Source of the DNA: Octopus vulgaris
Taxonomy: Eukaryota
Reading direction: 5' to 3'
Assembly: GCA_951406725.2 (NCBI GenBank)
Contig: OX597823.1
Coordinates: 110,484,001 to 110,548,000, forward strand
DNA length: 64,000 nucleotides
Shown: positions 42,964 to 56,975 of the stretch, piece by piece
Numbering within the stretch: the first letter of the stretch is position 1
Layout of the letters: every line of letters starts with the position of its first letter
Translations under genes and position numbers: made by a program
Notes under the pieces: model-generated
The model's database searches: none
What the model saw: only the letters and a program-made list of their open reading frames with translations
Told to the model about the DNA's origin: nothing

Positions 42964-43437
42964 ATAACTGATTACGTTTCTTTAACTTTTTACTTAAATC
43001 TGTCGTTTTTCTACCTCTTCGGCCGCCTGTTTGTGAGGTTTTATTGCTATTTGGGAAGACGTGTACTTCTATTTCGTTTAAGTATAGTCATTTTGAAATT
43101 TGTCCATTCTTTGAAATTATAATTTTTTCTGGAAAGAAATTGGTGCAGAGCCATTTTATTATAATATTTAACAGAACGAAGCATAAGAGTGAAAAAGTAA
43201 AAACGAAATAACATAAAGCCAGATAATGATGACATTACAGCAGCTTCACCACCACCAACAACAACAACAAAACCACATAGAAAAGGAGAAAAGGAGAAAA
43301 AAATAACAAAAAACAAGAATGTGTTTTCAAGCTTGGTAGTCTCGAGAGAGATAAAGTACATTCATAACGACATCTTCAATACTAATAAAGTACTCCCACC
43401 CCTTTTTCCTCACCGCCATCATCATCAGCAGCAGCAG

Positions 43438-43630
43438 CCGTTCAAGAATTTGGACCTGGAGATCTCCATTTCCAGCGACTTCAAGGGCCACCTCCCAGTG
43501 GTGTCGGGCGTCAACGAAGAGCCCTCGACTACAACAAGACGACCAAAGTTTTTTTTTCCAAGGTCTGGGGTCTCCCGCATCTAAACCCTAGACCATCACC
43601 TAATCACCCTTACCCATCTTGTTGCTTAAC
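43438..43630 (+). mobile_element. ~190-bp structured interspersed repeat, copy 2
   Basis: (CAG)n-CCGTTCAAGAATTTGGACC...CCCATCTTGTTGCTT-(AAC)n. Confidence 0.8.
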
Positions 43631-43634
43631 AACA

Positions 43635-43665
<31 letters not shown>

Positions 43666-44314
43666 CCTTCACCACCACCACCACCACCAGCATCACTAAT
43701 ATTGCCATTGCTACATTCACTCCGGATTCTGAAAAACACCACCGCCACATCATTAGTAAGACGACAGCCACAAATCACAACGACACTAATAAAGTTGATG
43801 CTACTTTCACCCCTGTGCCATATTTTCTATACCAGTCGCCTACACCAGCAGCATCACACACACACAAAAGCTAGCTCATTTGCAAAAAGTATCCAAACCA
43901 AAGTGTTCAGTATATAATTCAGGACGAGAAACCCGTCACGTTGAGACGAGCAAAACGATTCGTCAATTTAAAAAAAGGAAAAGTTTTGTTGCTACCATGA
44001 GACCTTTTCGGATAAACAGCCAGGAGAACTGTTGTAAACCGCTATTAAGAATCAGTGACAAGAAAAGTCACCCATGCCTCAAAGTATTTGAGAAAAATTA
44101 TATACCTCTGCCTTCGAAAGGACGTGAGTGGACCAAATCTACCGTCACAACAAGAAGTAGGAAAAGTAACTCAGGACATCTTTGGAAAAATTTTATCGAT
44201 CAAAAAAGCGACAAGTTATAGTACTACCTGTTGTACCTTCAAAACAGAAGACTCGGCCAAAACACGGGCTGAAATTGTCAGACATATCTCCAACAACTAG
44301 CATAGTTAGAGTGC

Positions 44315-44450
44315 ATTCCGCGCGGGGGTGACACTTCTGTTTGCCGTCCCTGGACCCCACAAAAAGACACATATTGTCTGCAGCAGACCCAAAAGTGCCG
44401 CCCGGGGGTGGGGACTGTCCCTGTCACCCCGCTCCCTAGCTACGCCAGTG
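44315..44450. mobile_element. GC-rich MITE end (hAT-like)
   Basis: GGGGTGACA...TGTCACCCC internal inverted motif and terminus CCCTAGCTACGCCAGTG. The other end was not found. Confidence 0.45.
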
Positions 44451-45676
44451 TCTCCAACCATACATTTATGCACCAATACACGGAGCAAGGAAATACAAGA
44501 GGCTGAGGTATGTCTAGTCGTCAGTTTTGTATCGTAATATTGGTGAATAATTAGAGCAGAGGAATCAAAAAGTGACAGGTAATCAAAGGGGCGTGTAAAT
44601 GGAATTACATGTCCAAATAACCTCTCAAAACCACAAAAGCTATGCTGGAAGTGTGTCCATTAGAATGTGCCAGAAGACAGAGCAGAGATTAACGATGCAG
44701 AACAAAAATTCTAGTTGCTTCGTCTTAGTAAAAGCATTTCAGAGCTGAACACTTTGACGAACTCGCAAAAGGAAAAGAGTTGGTGGATTAGGGGAGAAAG
44801 AAAGAGAGAAAGGAAAATAACGATCACCTTCTGGAACAACACAATGCTATTAGCCCCAAGTACCAGAACAACATCAGCTAAAACTCTGGTGATAACTAAA
44901 GGAATTTCTTTATGCGTTGTATTAGGAATATATAAGCAAACAACTCGTTTTCTGACAACAGTGGCAACCAGTTGTACCATTCCATCATCATACAACGAAG
45001 AAGAAATAATAGTTTCTGATGAAAATCTAAAAATTGAAAGCATGAAAGGAGAAAGTAGCAATTTCGAAAGAGAAGACTCAGAATAAAACAAAGCAAAATG
45101 GTTCGGAGGAGCAATTTTTTCAAAGAACAACGGTAACCTCGGCAAGAAAATAACAATGAAAATTATGAAGATAAAGAGCTAAGATTGACTGTCCTTTGAA
45201 AATCAAACAATCAATAAATAAATTATCTTTGTGTGATGACAGGGATTCAGTGAACAAGCTAGAATGAAACAAAAACTGTTTGATTCAGAGGTATAAAAAT
45301 ATACTCGTATCTTTCAATAGCAAATGTTCTCCAAAATGCCTATTGGTGCATTTGGTTACACTCATAAAAAATTGTGTTAGTCATTAGTTAAACATGGAGT
45401 ACCAAAACCCAACTTGAAATCTTACATACTCTTTTACACTTTTACTTGTTTCAGTCATTTGACTGTGGCCATGTTGGAGCAACACGTTTAGTCGAGCAGA
45501 TCGACCCCAGGACTTATTCTTGTAAGCCTAGTACTTATTCTATCGGTCTCTTTTGCTGAACCACTAAGTTACGGGGACGTAAACACACCAGCATCGGTTG
45601 TCAAGTGATGTTGGGGGAACAAACACAGACACAGAAACATACACACACGCACACACACACACACACACATATATAT

Positions 45677-46405
45677 ATACTAATATTAAGGGATCAGCAA
45701 AAGAAATGCACCACCACATACCGAAGTTCAGAAATAGCAGCCAAAATCTAAGCCATTTCTTCTACTTAAAAAAAGGTCTACTAGAGAAACCATAATACTT
45801 GAATCCTATTCATCCAGGCAGAGGATAACGTAACGAAAATCAATCAATATCCGATTATCCATAGACGCGCGTTTCGGAATTAGGTTTTAAATAAAGAATA
45901 TCCAAAAATATAAACTTTACTAACCACATTCCTCTTCAGTATGGATTTTCTGCAATGATCCGAAGGTACTAAAACATTAGAACGATTCCTTCAATGTAAC
46001 GGCCGCTAATGGTAGTACCGCCAGATTCAAAACATGAATGAAAGTCGCTTAGCCTCCTCTGCCTTTCCACGTTGATATTTTTGGATATTCTTTATTTAAA
46101 ACCTAATTCCGAAACGCGCGTCTATGGATAATCGGATGTTGATTGATTTTCGTTACGTTACCCTCTGCCTGGATGAATATGATTCAAGTATTATGGTTTC
46201 TCTAGTAGACCTTTTTTTAAGTAGAAGAAATGGCTTAGATTTTGGCTGCTATTTCTGAACTTCGGTATGTGGTGATGCATTTCTTTTGCTGATCCCTTAA
46301 TATTAGTATTACTAGAATTTACCGTATAACGGTCCTGTTTTCATACCGAATTCTACTTGGTGAAATTTATTGATTACTTCGTAATTAATTAGTTTTACCC
46401 TTAAT

Positions 46406-46410
<5 letters not shown>
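45677..46410. mobile_element. Penelope-like inverted pLTR insert: 235-bp inverted repeat (45677-45911 / 46075-46309) with ~100-bp right extension
   Basis: The arms differ at about 4 positions by eye. (TA)n lies on both flanks. Contains a hammerhead motif. Confidence 0.8.
45857..45946 (-). ncRNA. Type I hammerhead ribozyme, canonical core
   Basis: Minus strand: ATCCATA-CTGAAGA-GGAAT-[loop]-ATTCC-GAAAC-GCGC-GTC-TATGGAT. Perfect 7-bp stem I, 5-bp stem II, palindromic stem III ACGCGCGT, GUC triplet. Confidence 0.88.
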
Positions 46411-46450
<40 letters not shown>

Positions 46451-47276
46451 TGTATGTATACATATATACAACAGGCTTCTTTCAGTTTCTGTCTACCAAA
46501 TCCACTCACAAGGCTTTGGTCGGCCCAAGGCTATAGTAGAAGACACTTGCCCAAGATGCCACGCAGTGGGACTGAACCCGGAACCATGTGGTTGGTAAGC
46601 AAACTACTTATCACACAGCCACTACTACGCCTAAAAATTTTAACATTTATTTCCTTTTAACTATATCTTCTTTTAATTATTGTTTGAATTATCATTGTTT
46701 TTTTTATAATTATCTATCCAAATACGGGTTTTAAAATCTTAAAACATCCATTTCTTATATACCATATTTGTTAACTTGTCTTTGCACTCCACTTTGTTTT
46801 GTACTCCTGGTTGAATATTTCATGTTTTTGTATTTCTTCGACCCCTTGCAGCTAGTAAAATTGGAGGCAATTAGAAATGGCCTTACTGAAAACGTGTTTG
46901 TCGTAAGAATAGCCTTCAGCCATCTCTTCGTTACAAAACACAAAGACTGCATTGTCAATGATAGAGTTTGTGTGCTAAATCAAGGAGAAATGAAAACTGT
47001 TTAATGGGTTTGGATCGTGGCAGTGTGGTGTAGCAACAAAGCCACAATTCAATCTTTGCAAGATCAGGATGAATGTGTGCTACAAGGTTCCAAGCAAATT
47101 TGTGTGGCTTCTCAGCAGCCCTTTGCTCTATTCTTCCATATAGATACGGATGCGCAAAAAAAATTCTGCAGTCATAGCTGAAATTCATTTTATAAAAGAC
47201 CTGCAAAACCAGTCTAGACCTAGGGCTAGATGAAAGCAGCAACAAAATGGCAGTAATGGTATGTTTAGAAGCTATA

Positions 47277-47912
47277 AGGCGGCGAGCTGGCAGAATCATT
47301 AGCACGGTGGACGACATGCTTAGCAGTACTTCGTCTGCCACTATGTTCTGAGTTCAAATTCCACCGAGGTCGACTTTGCCTTTCATCCTTTCGGGGTCTA
47401 TTAAATGAGTACCAGTTACGCACTGGAGTTGATGTAATCGACTTAATCTGTTTGTCTGTCCTTGTTTGTCCCCTCTGTGCTTAGCCCCTTGAGGGTAGTA
47501 AAGAAATAGCAGCTATGCAAATGACTGAAACAGGTGCAAGAGTGACTGTGTGGCAAGTAGCTTGCTTACCAACCACATGGTTTTGGGTTCAGTCCCACTG
47601 CGTGGCACCTTGGGCGAGTGTCTTTTACTATAGCCTCGGGCCGACCAAAGCCTTGTGAGTGGATTTGGTAGACGGAAATATATATATATATATGTATGTG
47701 TGTGTATATGTTTCTTTGTCTGTGTTTGTTCCCCTAACATCGCTTGACAACCGATGCTGGTGTGTTTACGTCCCCGTAACTTAGTGGTTCGGCAAAAAGA
47801 GACCGATAGAATAAGTACTAGGCTTACAATGAATAAGTCCTGGGGTCGATTGGCTTGACTAAAGGCGGTGCTCCAGCATGGCCGCAGTCAAATTACTAAA
47901 ACAAATAAAATA
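47277..47912 (+). mobile_element. SINE family B (47277-47508) followed by SINE family A (47532-47912)
   Basis: Both family bodies are visible. Confidence 0.85.
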
Positions 47913-48552
47913 GAAACATATGCAACAGTGGAAGACATACGGGCATTTCTGGTGTTCTGCAGTGAATATGATTCTCCTGAGAAGTTACATTAACAGTTGG
48001 TTTTCATCAATATAGGGATATAATGGACTGTGATGGAAGCTAAAGGTTAAATCTTTTACATTACAATGTCCACTATTGCCTGACCATTACTCTACAACAA
48101 TCACACCAACTAACATTTATATACATACAAATATATGTATATAAATGTACACATATATATATGTGTACATGTGTATATATGTAAACACATATACATATAT
48201 GTGTGTGTGTTTTTGAGTGTGTATATATGTGTATACATATTTATGATATACAGGTCAATATATATAATAAATATATATATTTGTGTGTGTGTGTATATGC
48301 ACAAATACATGCTAATATTTGGCCCTTTTTTGTCTTTCTCACTCTCTTTCACTCTCTCTCACCCATCCCTCTTTTGCTCTCTCAGTTCTTCTGCTCCCCT
48401 CCACACCAAGGAATTCTCAACCTTTGGGAGATAGGAAAACGAAAAATGAAAAACAAACAAAAGAAATCAAATAACCATGAAATATATAATAAATAAACAT
48501 ATATACATAATTGATGAATAAAACAATAAAAGAATTTACACACACATACACT

Positions 48553-48586
<34 letters not shown>

Positions 48587-49140
48587 CACACGCACATACA
48601 TGCATACGGATATACATACATAAGTATGTATATTCGTATGCATGTGTGTGTTTGTAGTAGACATAAAATAAATATTGTGATACAATGATGTAAATAAAAA
48701 AAAAACAATACAATAAATAATAAAAGAGATCAATTATTATCTGTGAGGGTGAACTTAATTTTAGTAATTAGTCTCTTGACTTAGAGTTAAGTTGATAATG
48801 AGGACTTGATGCCAAATATCAATAAATTAGTTTTACATTGTTAATATAGTAAATGGAACAAAAAAATATTGTTATCTTCGTAGGTGGTGGCTGCTGCTGT
48901 TGTTGTTGTAGTTGTTGTTGTTGGTGGTGGTGGTGGTGGTGGTGGGAATCTAGGAGTTGTGGTTCATGTTGTTGATGAAGGCATTAATGGTAGTAGAGGT
49001 GATGGTCGTGGTAGTGGTATTGGCTTTGCTTAAGATAGTGATTATGCTGCTGTTGTCTTCTTCTTTTTCTTCTTCTTCTTCTTCTTCTTCTTCTTCTTCT
49101 TCTTCTTCTTCTTCTTCTTCTTCTTCTTCTTCTTCTTCTT

Positions 49141-49627
49141 CCAATCAGGACTCACGCCATTAGCCACGAAGAATAATCTCTAATTCGAGCCTACTCTAAG
49201 CTACTAAGAATACATGTGGTAACTTGAAGATCCACCCACCACACACGATAGGCTGGCAGTTGCATGGACATGAAAGCTATGTTGTTATTCCCATTCCGTA
49301 AATGGTGGCTTTAACGGGTGGAGAGCTGAACCATCCTGGAGTACAGAGGATTCGCAATCTGGACTAGGGTGGGAAAGTTTACCACACCGTAGTGGGTTAC
49401 ACCATGGTTCCTCTGCTTCATGGCAGAAGTAGGAAGAAAGAGTGAGAGAAAGTTGTGGTGAAAGAGTACAGCGGAGTTCACCCATCACCCCCGCCCCCCG
49501 CCAGAGCCTCTCGTGGAGCTTAGGCGTTTTTGCTCGATAAACACTCACAATCGCCAGTCTGGGAATTGAAACCGCATTCTTACAAGCGCGAGTCCGCTGC
49601 CCTAACCACTCAACCATTGCGCCTCCA
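49141..49627 (-). mobile_element. SINE family C head with an alternative body and (GAA)n tail
   Basis: The head matches family C down to about 49425, then unrelated sequence ends CTGATTG-(GAA)n. Confidence 0.65.
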
Positions 49628-49657
49628 CTTGCTGTTGTTGTTTCTGCGGCTATTGTT

Positions 49658-49815
49658 GTTAAGCAACAAGACGGGTAAGGGTGATTAGGTGATGGTCTAG
49701 GGCTTAGGGGCAGGAGACCCCAAACTTGGAAAAAAAAGACTTTGGCCATCTTGTTGTAGTTGAGGGCTCTTTGTTGATGCCTGACACCACTGGGAGGTGG
49801 ACCTCGAAGTCGCTG
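49658..49815 (-). mobile_element. ~190-bp structured interspersed repeat, 5'-truncated copy 3
   Basis: Homologous to 20928-21121. Confidence 0.8.
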
Positions 49816-50901
49816 CTGATAGTGTTTGTAGTGATAACGTTGCTGTTGCTGTTCTTGTTGTCTCTCGTAGTGATCTTGGTGTTGTTTTTCATGCTGATGT
49901 TCGCCAATGTCAGGCAATGGACTGAGTATACCACACATTAAATTAATGGTTGGTGTACTTGTACTCGACAAGATAAATGCAAGCCAGGTAAAATTGCAGT
50001 CTTTGACACATACAAGCTTGTCCTTTCAGGTGCCGTGCCACTTAAAAGGCACCTGTGTGAGTGCTGTAGCACATAAAAAGCACTCAGCATGCTCTGTTAA
50101 GTGCTTTGTGTTAGAAAGGTCATCCACTTGTAGAAACCATGCCATAACAGACAGCCAGACAGCTGGAGTCTGGACAGTTCCCTGCTAGCCAGCTTCATGT
50201 CAAACCATCCAACCCATACCAGCACGGAATGCAGATGCTAAACGATGATGATGATAGCAATGTTGATGATGATGACTTAGCACATTGCCCAGCTTAGAAC
50301 CACCATCTGGCACTTGTGGTACCTTTAGAAAAATCCCTTCTGTTGCAAATATTTGCTCCAGGACCCTGGTCGAAGAATACATTCCTACCTCCAATCCACC
50401 AGGCTTGGAGGCTGCTAAATGTTTAAGGGTTTTTTCACTTTCCTTGCAAACTAAAAGTAATAAGACAACACATACACATGCACACACACTGTCTATAATG
50501 AACAAATAAACATTACTCAACACATGACTTAAAGTATAACAAACAGAAATTATGAAGTAAATAGTTATATCAAGGATATGTATTCTGGGTGCATTAGATA
50601 ACCACTGTTCACCAAGAAAACATGGAACATTTTCTTCTTAATAATTCTGTTCTTGCAGTATCATGATATAACCTGGCTGTAATATATTCTCAAATTTAAT
50701 AATGTGCCACTCAGAAACAAAAATTATGTCAGGTTGAAGTTGTATTATGTACAGAAATAGTCAAAGTTTGTATGATTATACTTATGTACAGTGAGGGGGC
50801 ATGACCAAGTGGTTAGAGAGTGGTTTCCATTCCTGAACTGGGTGGTGTGTAGTGTTCTTGAGCAAAATTCATCATCTCCTGTTACTCTACAATCTATCAA
50901 T

Positions 50902-50960
<59 letters not shown>

Positions 50961-51302
50961 CACTCCTTCTACATAACTCATTATTGACATCCATCAGTCC
51001 TACACTCTTACAATCACTCAACTTCGTTCCTATAAATTCCTCTCTCTCTCTACCCGTCACTCTTTCTCTCTATCTCTCTTTCTCTCACTCCTTCTTGCCC
51101 CCACTCTCTCTCTCTTTCACAGACACACACACACATACCCATTTTCACTACTCCCTCATCTATAACCCTGTTTCCCTCCTAAAACCTCCCTTCTGCCTCT
51201 GCTTCTCTCTCTTCTTCCTTTATGCTACTCACTCTCTTTCAAGTGCATCTCTTAATCAACAATCATTATTCAGTTTTTATCAATCTTCCTCTCACTTTTT
51301 CT

Positions 51303-51345
<43 letters not shown>

Positions 51346-51874
51346 CGTCACTCTCCTCATTTTCTCCCTCTGGTTCTCTTTCATCACTCTTGCTCCTATC
51401 TATCAGGAATGAAGCAGACTTCAGTTGCAGACAAACAAATGAAGGCAATGTTGGGTAGAAAGGATTCTTTAAGCCCTTCTCAGGGTAAGACAACCTCTCT
51501 AGTACAGTCACCACCAAAGTGCACCCAGTACACTCTGTAAATTGGGAAGAAAAAAAACAAAGGTAGGGTTGATGGTACCTTTAATCTTGACAAAGATGTG
51601 ACAGCATTTGTAGCATAGAGACCATGATAGAAATATAATTTACCCAATGCACTCTCTATAAAGTGGTTTAGAAGTAGAGAGAGAAATTATGCCAGAAATA
51701 GAGCATGTGAGTTATATACAGTCTCCAACCAATTCTTAAGAGCAAACACTCTGAAGGAGAATTAACTCAATCTGTTTATAACCTGTTCAACCCATGACAG
51801 CATGGAAAAATAGATTCAAAAGGATGTTTGTGATTATATATATATGTATATATGCATATATATATATATATACA

Positions 51875-51915
<41 letters not shown>

Positions 51916-51985
51916 GTGTATATGTATATATATATGTATATGTGTATGTGTGTGTGTATGTATATATATATATATGAATATAAAA

Positions 51986-52019
<34 letters not shown>

Positions 52020-52025
52020 GTATAC

Positions 52026-52061
<36 letters not shown>

Positions 52062-52845
52062 ATGTACACAGCCACACACGAATGTATGTATATACACACA
52101 TATATTCATACTTATATACATGCAACCAATGAAGTGTTTAGATAAACAGCAAAAAGAAATGTTTGTATGTAACCAGGCTATACTAAGTGATAAGTTAATT
52201 ATTAATCTGTTATGGCTTTAATCATTATTGCACTCCCTGGTGTAGAACCTTATAATAAGGGATAAAACCTCTGTAGATAAGGGCGCCATCTGGGATTAGA
52301 TGTGATATGATTACTTGCCTATTATTCTATCAGTTTGCTTGCTGATAAATACCGTAAATAGTTATCAATGTGTTTCATACGCTAAAGTATCTAGAAATAT
52401 CCATCCATATTTTATAGCGATGTAAAAATCTCTTTCTTAGCTAGACATCATCATCATCGTTTATATAATTATTATTCTTGTTGTTGCTAGTTGTATCTTT
52501 TTCTTTTATTGTCCTTGCTGACTCTAATGTTTACAATTTACAATTTAGCCGCAGAAATATTTGCTGACCAAAGACCAAATTGAATAACACAACTCGTGTT
52601 TCTTTTTATTCCAATACAAATGGGTAGATATAAAGATAAACACAATCTCTCATATAATATACTTGCGTATGCATATGTGGATGTTCATAGGTTTCTATGT
52701 ATGTATCTTCTTTTGTATATCTGTATACACACAAAATACAAACATACATGTGAGTGTATCTGTGTGTGCATGTGTATATGTATATACAAAAATATACAAG
52801 TATATCTGTATAATATATGCATTATACATATATATATATATATAC

Positions 52846-52911
<66 letters not shown>

Positions 52912-53324
52912 TATATATATATATATATGTATATATATATGCTTATTTCCACATATGTCTCTACATATGTGCATACATATTGATTTAATCTTGTTCATCA
53001 GTTTGTGAACTCGTGTAAACTCCAAATACACTTTTTACCTTGCATTCATGAAATACCATTATTATCTCATAACCATCGCTCCACCACCCCCCCATCCCCC
53101 ACCCCACCCCATTCCCTCTTGTGCACATTTCTCATTCTCCAGCTTGCGACCCTCTGTATATTACCCTTTAGTTTACTCTCGTTTTATTTCTAGGACCCCA
53201 TCTCATTGTCCTTTTCTCTCATACATATTTACTTGGCCTCTTTGAAAATTTTCAAAATGAAATATTTCCAGAATATTGCTCATTGTGAAATACTTTGTAG
53301 TTTGTTGAATAAATCTGATATGTG

Positions 53325-53370
<46 letters not shown>

Positions 53371-53400
53371 CAAAATAAGCAACAAGGATATCCAGAGACA

Positions 53401-53488
53401 ATGCAGTGCGATCGTTTCAAGCAACTCCATTTAATTGAACAATGCAATCATTACATCAATTTAAATGCAGAGCAATCCTCAGCTGCAT
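53401..53488 (-). ncRNA. Degenerate type I hammerhead motif
   Basis: Minus strand: ATGCAG-CTGAGGA-[long imperfect stem]-GAAAC-GATC-GCA-CTGCAT. U16.1 is changed to C. Ends about 30 nt from (TA)n. Confidence 0.55.
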
Positions 53489-54624
53489 AAAGACACAGAA
53501 TTAAATTAAATTATAACAGATGGACACATTAGTATAATTTTACCTAAAACCTCCAAGAAGGTAAGGGGACAGACGAAGAACATGCTGTTTTCTCTTCAGC
53601 TTAGAAGCTACTAAGGTATCAGGGAGAAAGATTTGTTAGAGATCTAGGTTGTCTCAGGGTCAGTTTTAATTTATAGTATATATACATATAAAGACACACA
53701 CACACACATATATATATACATATATGCACACTTACATATATTATACACGCACACATTATTTTTATTCTATATATATATATATGTATATATATATATAAAT
53801 ACATATACTTAGGGGATTTAATGATGCATATTACAAATGTCATAAATATAATTGATAACATATTACAAGTGAGTTCTAATCCAAGTTATCAGAAATCTAG
53901 AAAATAATCATCAAGGTACCACACAGAATAGTGAATTGACATTATTATCAGATATCTGAGTTGCTTAATTATTTATATTGCTTAATTATTCATATTATTT
54001 ATAATAATGTGTATTTCTTTTTTATTTCTGCAATACCAGGTTAATGAATTAATTGAATCAGAAAACTGATTGCAAAAAGAAAAAAAAAAGTGCTTTCAGA
54101 GTTGAAATCTAGTTGTGGCCAACTCATTCATTCATTCTTTTGGATCGGATAAAAGGAAAGCGCTTGTGTAATACTTTGTGTACCCTCCTGTCATAAATGA
54201 CCGATGAGGGTTCTACAATTTCTTGCTGGACAATCTGCACAGATTATTTACTTACAGTGGTCAAATGTTTGCCTTGCACATCAGCTCACTGCCTACGTTG
54301 GATCAACATTCTCTATAGTAGTGCACAGTGTGTCACACATCAGCTGTCAAATGGATCATAAAGCAATGTAAAAATTTACTGTTTTGCTCAAGAACACAAC
54401 ATACCACCTGATCCAAGAATCGAAACTATGACCTTGAAATTATGAGAGCAATCCCTTAACCACTAGGCCTTCAGCAGTGTAATAATATGGTATGGGGGTC
54501 GATGTAAGGGACAAATCCATCCCCTGAAAGTTGCTGGCCTTGTACTGAAATTAGAAGCAATCATTTTTGTAGTATGAGTTTGGAAATCTAGGATTGTTTG
54601 TATAATTAGGAATTGTTCTTGATA

Positions 54625-54945
54625 GACATTAACCTGAGACTCCCTTCGGTCATGACTGACCATGGGATTGCACCTAGGAAGTTACCCTCCCAGGCACAAG
54701 TCTGGGCAAGGTTGTTTATGGAAGACCAGCAGTCGCCCATGCATACCGGCCTCCACTCTTCACGCCATTAGTGTTATCCAAGGGAAAGGCAACAGCAGAT
54801 ACAGCTTGGCATCGCAACTCATTTCTACAGCTGAGTGAACTGGAGCAACATGAAATAAAGTATCTTGCTCAAGAACACAACACGCAGCCCGGTCAGGATT
54901 TGAACTCACAACCTCATGATTGTAAGCTCGATGCTCTAACAACAC
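54625..54945 (-). mobile_element. tRNA-derived SINE family D
   Basis: Reverse complement of the 56677-56975 copy (GTGTTGTGTTCTTGAGCAAGA.ACTT domain). Confidence 0.75.
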
Positions 54946-55732
54946 TGAGGAAAATTATGCTGTGTGACTCTTCTTATAGTTGTTGTTACTGCACTTATTG
55001 TTGTACTGACATCAGCATTGATGCCCTGGTTTTACAATTACTGTGCTGGTATTTTTGTTGATGCATTAACATTATATCTGGTCCAGCTTTGATCAAACGA
55101 ACCTTTTGTTGCCACATTTCCAAGTATAACAATTAATGAAGTATAAAATGTAAACATAATCAAACATTGTCATTATCTTTTCCAATCCTGCAGCATTTCA
55201 CATGGAATTTTTGGCCCTTCAAAGTCATTTCAATGTATTAGTCAACTTATCTTTTTGCTAGTAAGTTTTGGTCTAAGAAATTCAACTTGTATACCAGAAA
55301 ATACACTAATATTTTGTTTTCCCATCAGATACAACATCTTTCTACATGTTCTGCATTTCCTAAGACAGTATAATAAGACATGAATGAGATTTGGCTTGAA
55401 TACTATTTCCAGCAGGGGGAATACTACTTCTTGTAGGTGGGGGCCATAACATTTCTTCACGCTGAGAGTTGCTGAAGTAAGGAACAAACTGCCAGCATCA
55501 GTTGATCAGTTGTTGGAGCACTGCATCCTTCAAAACTTCCATGCTTCCTGAGATTCGCCAACACTGCACCTGATCTTCTCCCCTCCATACAAACGCAAGC
55601 ATGTATCTGACTCATACACTGTTCACTTTCCAGATATTTGTACATTACTGAATATGCTTTATATGCACTTTTGACAAGTTGTGGTGCACCTGAGCACTGT
55701 ATACAATAATTTCATTATTATTATTACTATTT

Positions 55733-55819
<87 letters not shown>

Positions 55820-56676
55820 GTGTGCATCTGAAATGGTTCTTTCATGTGCAAAAACCATGGCCTTTTTTTTTTGTTTTATTTATTATTACCAGCAGTTGCA
55901 ACATGTTTCTGCTCTCCCTACTCTCTAAGACATTGATGTTATCCAAGAAAATGTTAATGGCTGATATAGTTTGGTACCAGTGTCATACAAGAATTTGAAT
56001 GCAGAGCATAAAGAGCCAGAACAAATACTGCATAGCATTTTGGTCAATGCTCTAATGATTCTGCTAATTCACTGTTTTAGATTTGTTTACCTTACCAACC
56101 CTAGAACTATAAAAATTAAAGTTTATATAAGGTAGCATTTGAACTTAGAAAGTAAAACTCTGGAACAAATACAGCAACACTTTTCATCTGATGCTCTAAT
56201 ATGTGTTCCAGACAATGTAAACCTAATGAAAGCAGATGATGTAATCTTGACACAAAGATCACCAACCACGTGGAGTTTTAAGCTAAAGATGGAAGTTTTT
56301 AAGTGGTTGCTCATCTGCTGGAAACAACATACAAATATTCATCATATTATATCTTATTATAATAATAGATAAATGTGCCCTTTTAAAGCCTAGCCAGGTT
56401 CATGGGCCCGGTTTCCCGGTTTCTATGGCGTATGTGTTCCCCAGCGTTACTTATTTTTGCCTGCTGAGTGGACTGGAGCAACGTGAAATGAAGTGTTTTG
56501 CTCATGAACACAATGCATCGCCCGGTCCAGGAATCAAAACCACAAGCTTACAATCATGATGCTGACACCCTAACCACTAAGTCACGCACCTCCACATTAT
56601 ATCTTCTTACAAACTATTATATCTTACACAAGGTAAAATAAACTTAATAATGTAGTCCTTTATATATTGTAGTGAA

Positions 56677-56975
56677 GGTGCATGGCTCAGTGGTTAGAGC
56701 GTCGAGCTTACAATCATGAGGTTGTGAGTTTGAATCCTGGACCGGGCTGCATGTTGTGTTCTTGAGCAAGACACTTTATTTCACGTTGCTCCAGTTCACT
56801 CAGCTGTAGAAATGAGTTGCGACATCACTGGTGCCAAGCTGTATCAGCCTTTGACTTTCCTTTGGATAACATCATTGGTGTGGAGAAGGGAGGCCGGTAT
56901 GCATTGGCGACTGCTGGTCTTCCATAAACAATCTTGCCCAAACTTGTATCTCAGAGGGTAAGTTTCTAAGTGCAA
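56677..56975 (+). mobile_element. tRNA-derived SINE family D
   Basis: A box TGGCTCAGTGG, B-box-like GAGTTTGAATCC. A related minus-strand copy lies at about 56378-56595. Confidence 0.8.

Larger units (their letters stand above)
45428..46631 (-). mobile_element. SINE family A split by the hammerhead-bearing inverted-repeat insert
   Basis: 3' half at 45428-45676 and 5' half at about 46410-46631. The insert sits in the internal microsatellite. Confidence 0.85.

Noticed and set aside
43478-43531. HDV-like ribozyme in the ~190-bp repeat (ACC-TCCCAGT-GGT hairpin; CGAA before a P2-like strand)
   Set aside because: No 6-7-bp P1 partner was found upstream and P2 needs a bulge. Kept only as a structured repeat.
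43880-45156. Several 80-140 aa ORFs in A-rich sequence
   Set aside because: No domain was recognised and all frames are interrupted; likely old TE debris.
55200-56372. Coding-like fragments around a (TTA)n tract
   Set aside because: Probably decayed retroelement sequence, but I could not identify a diagnostic motif.
56677-56750. tRNA gene
   Set aside because: The tRNA-like head continues into a multi-copy SINE body and lacks a proper acceptor stem and terminator. The same holds for the other SINE heads.
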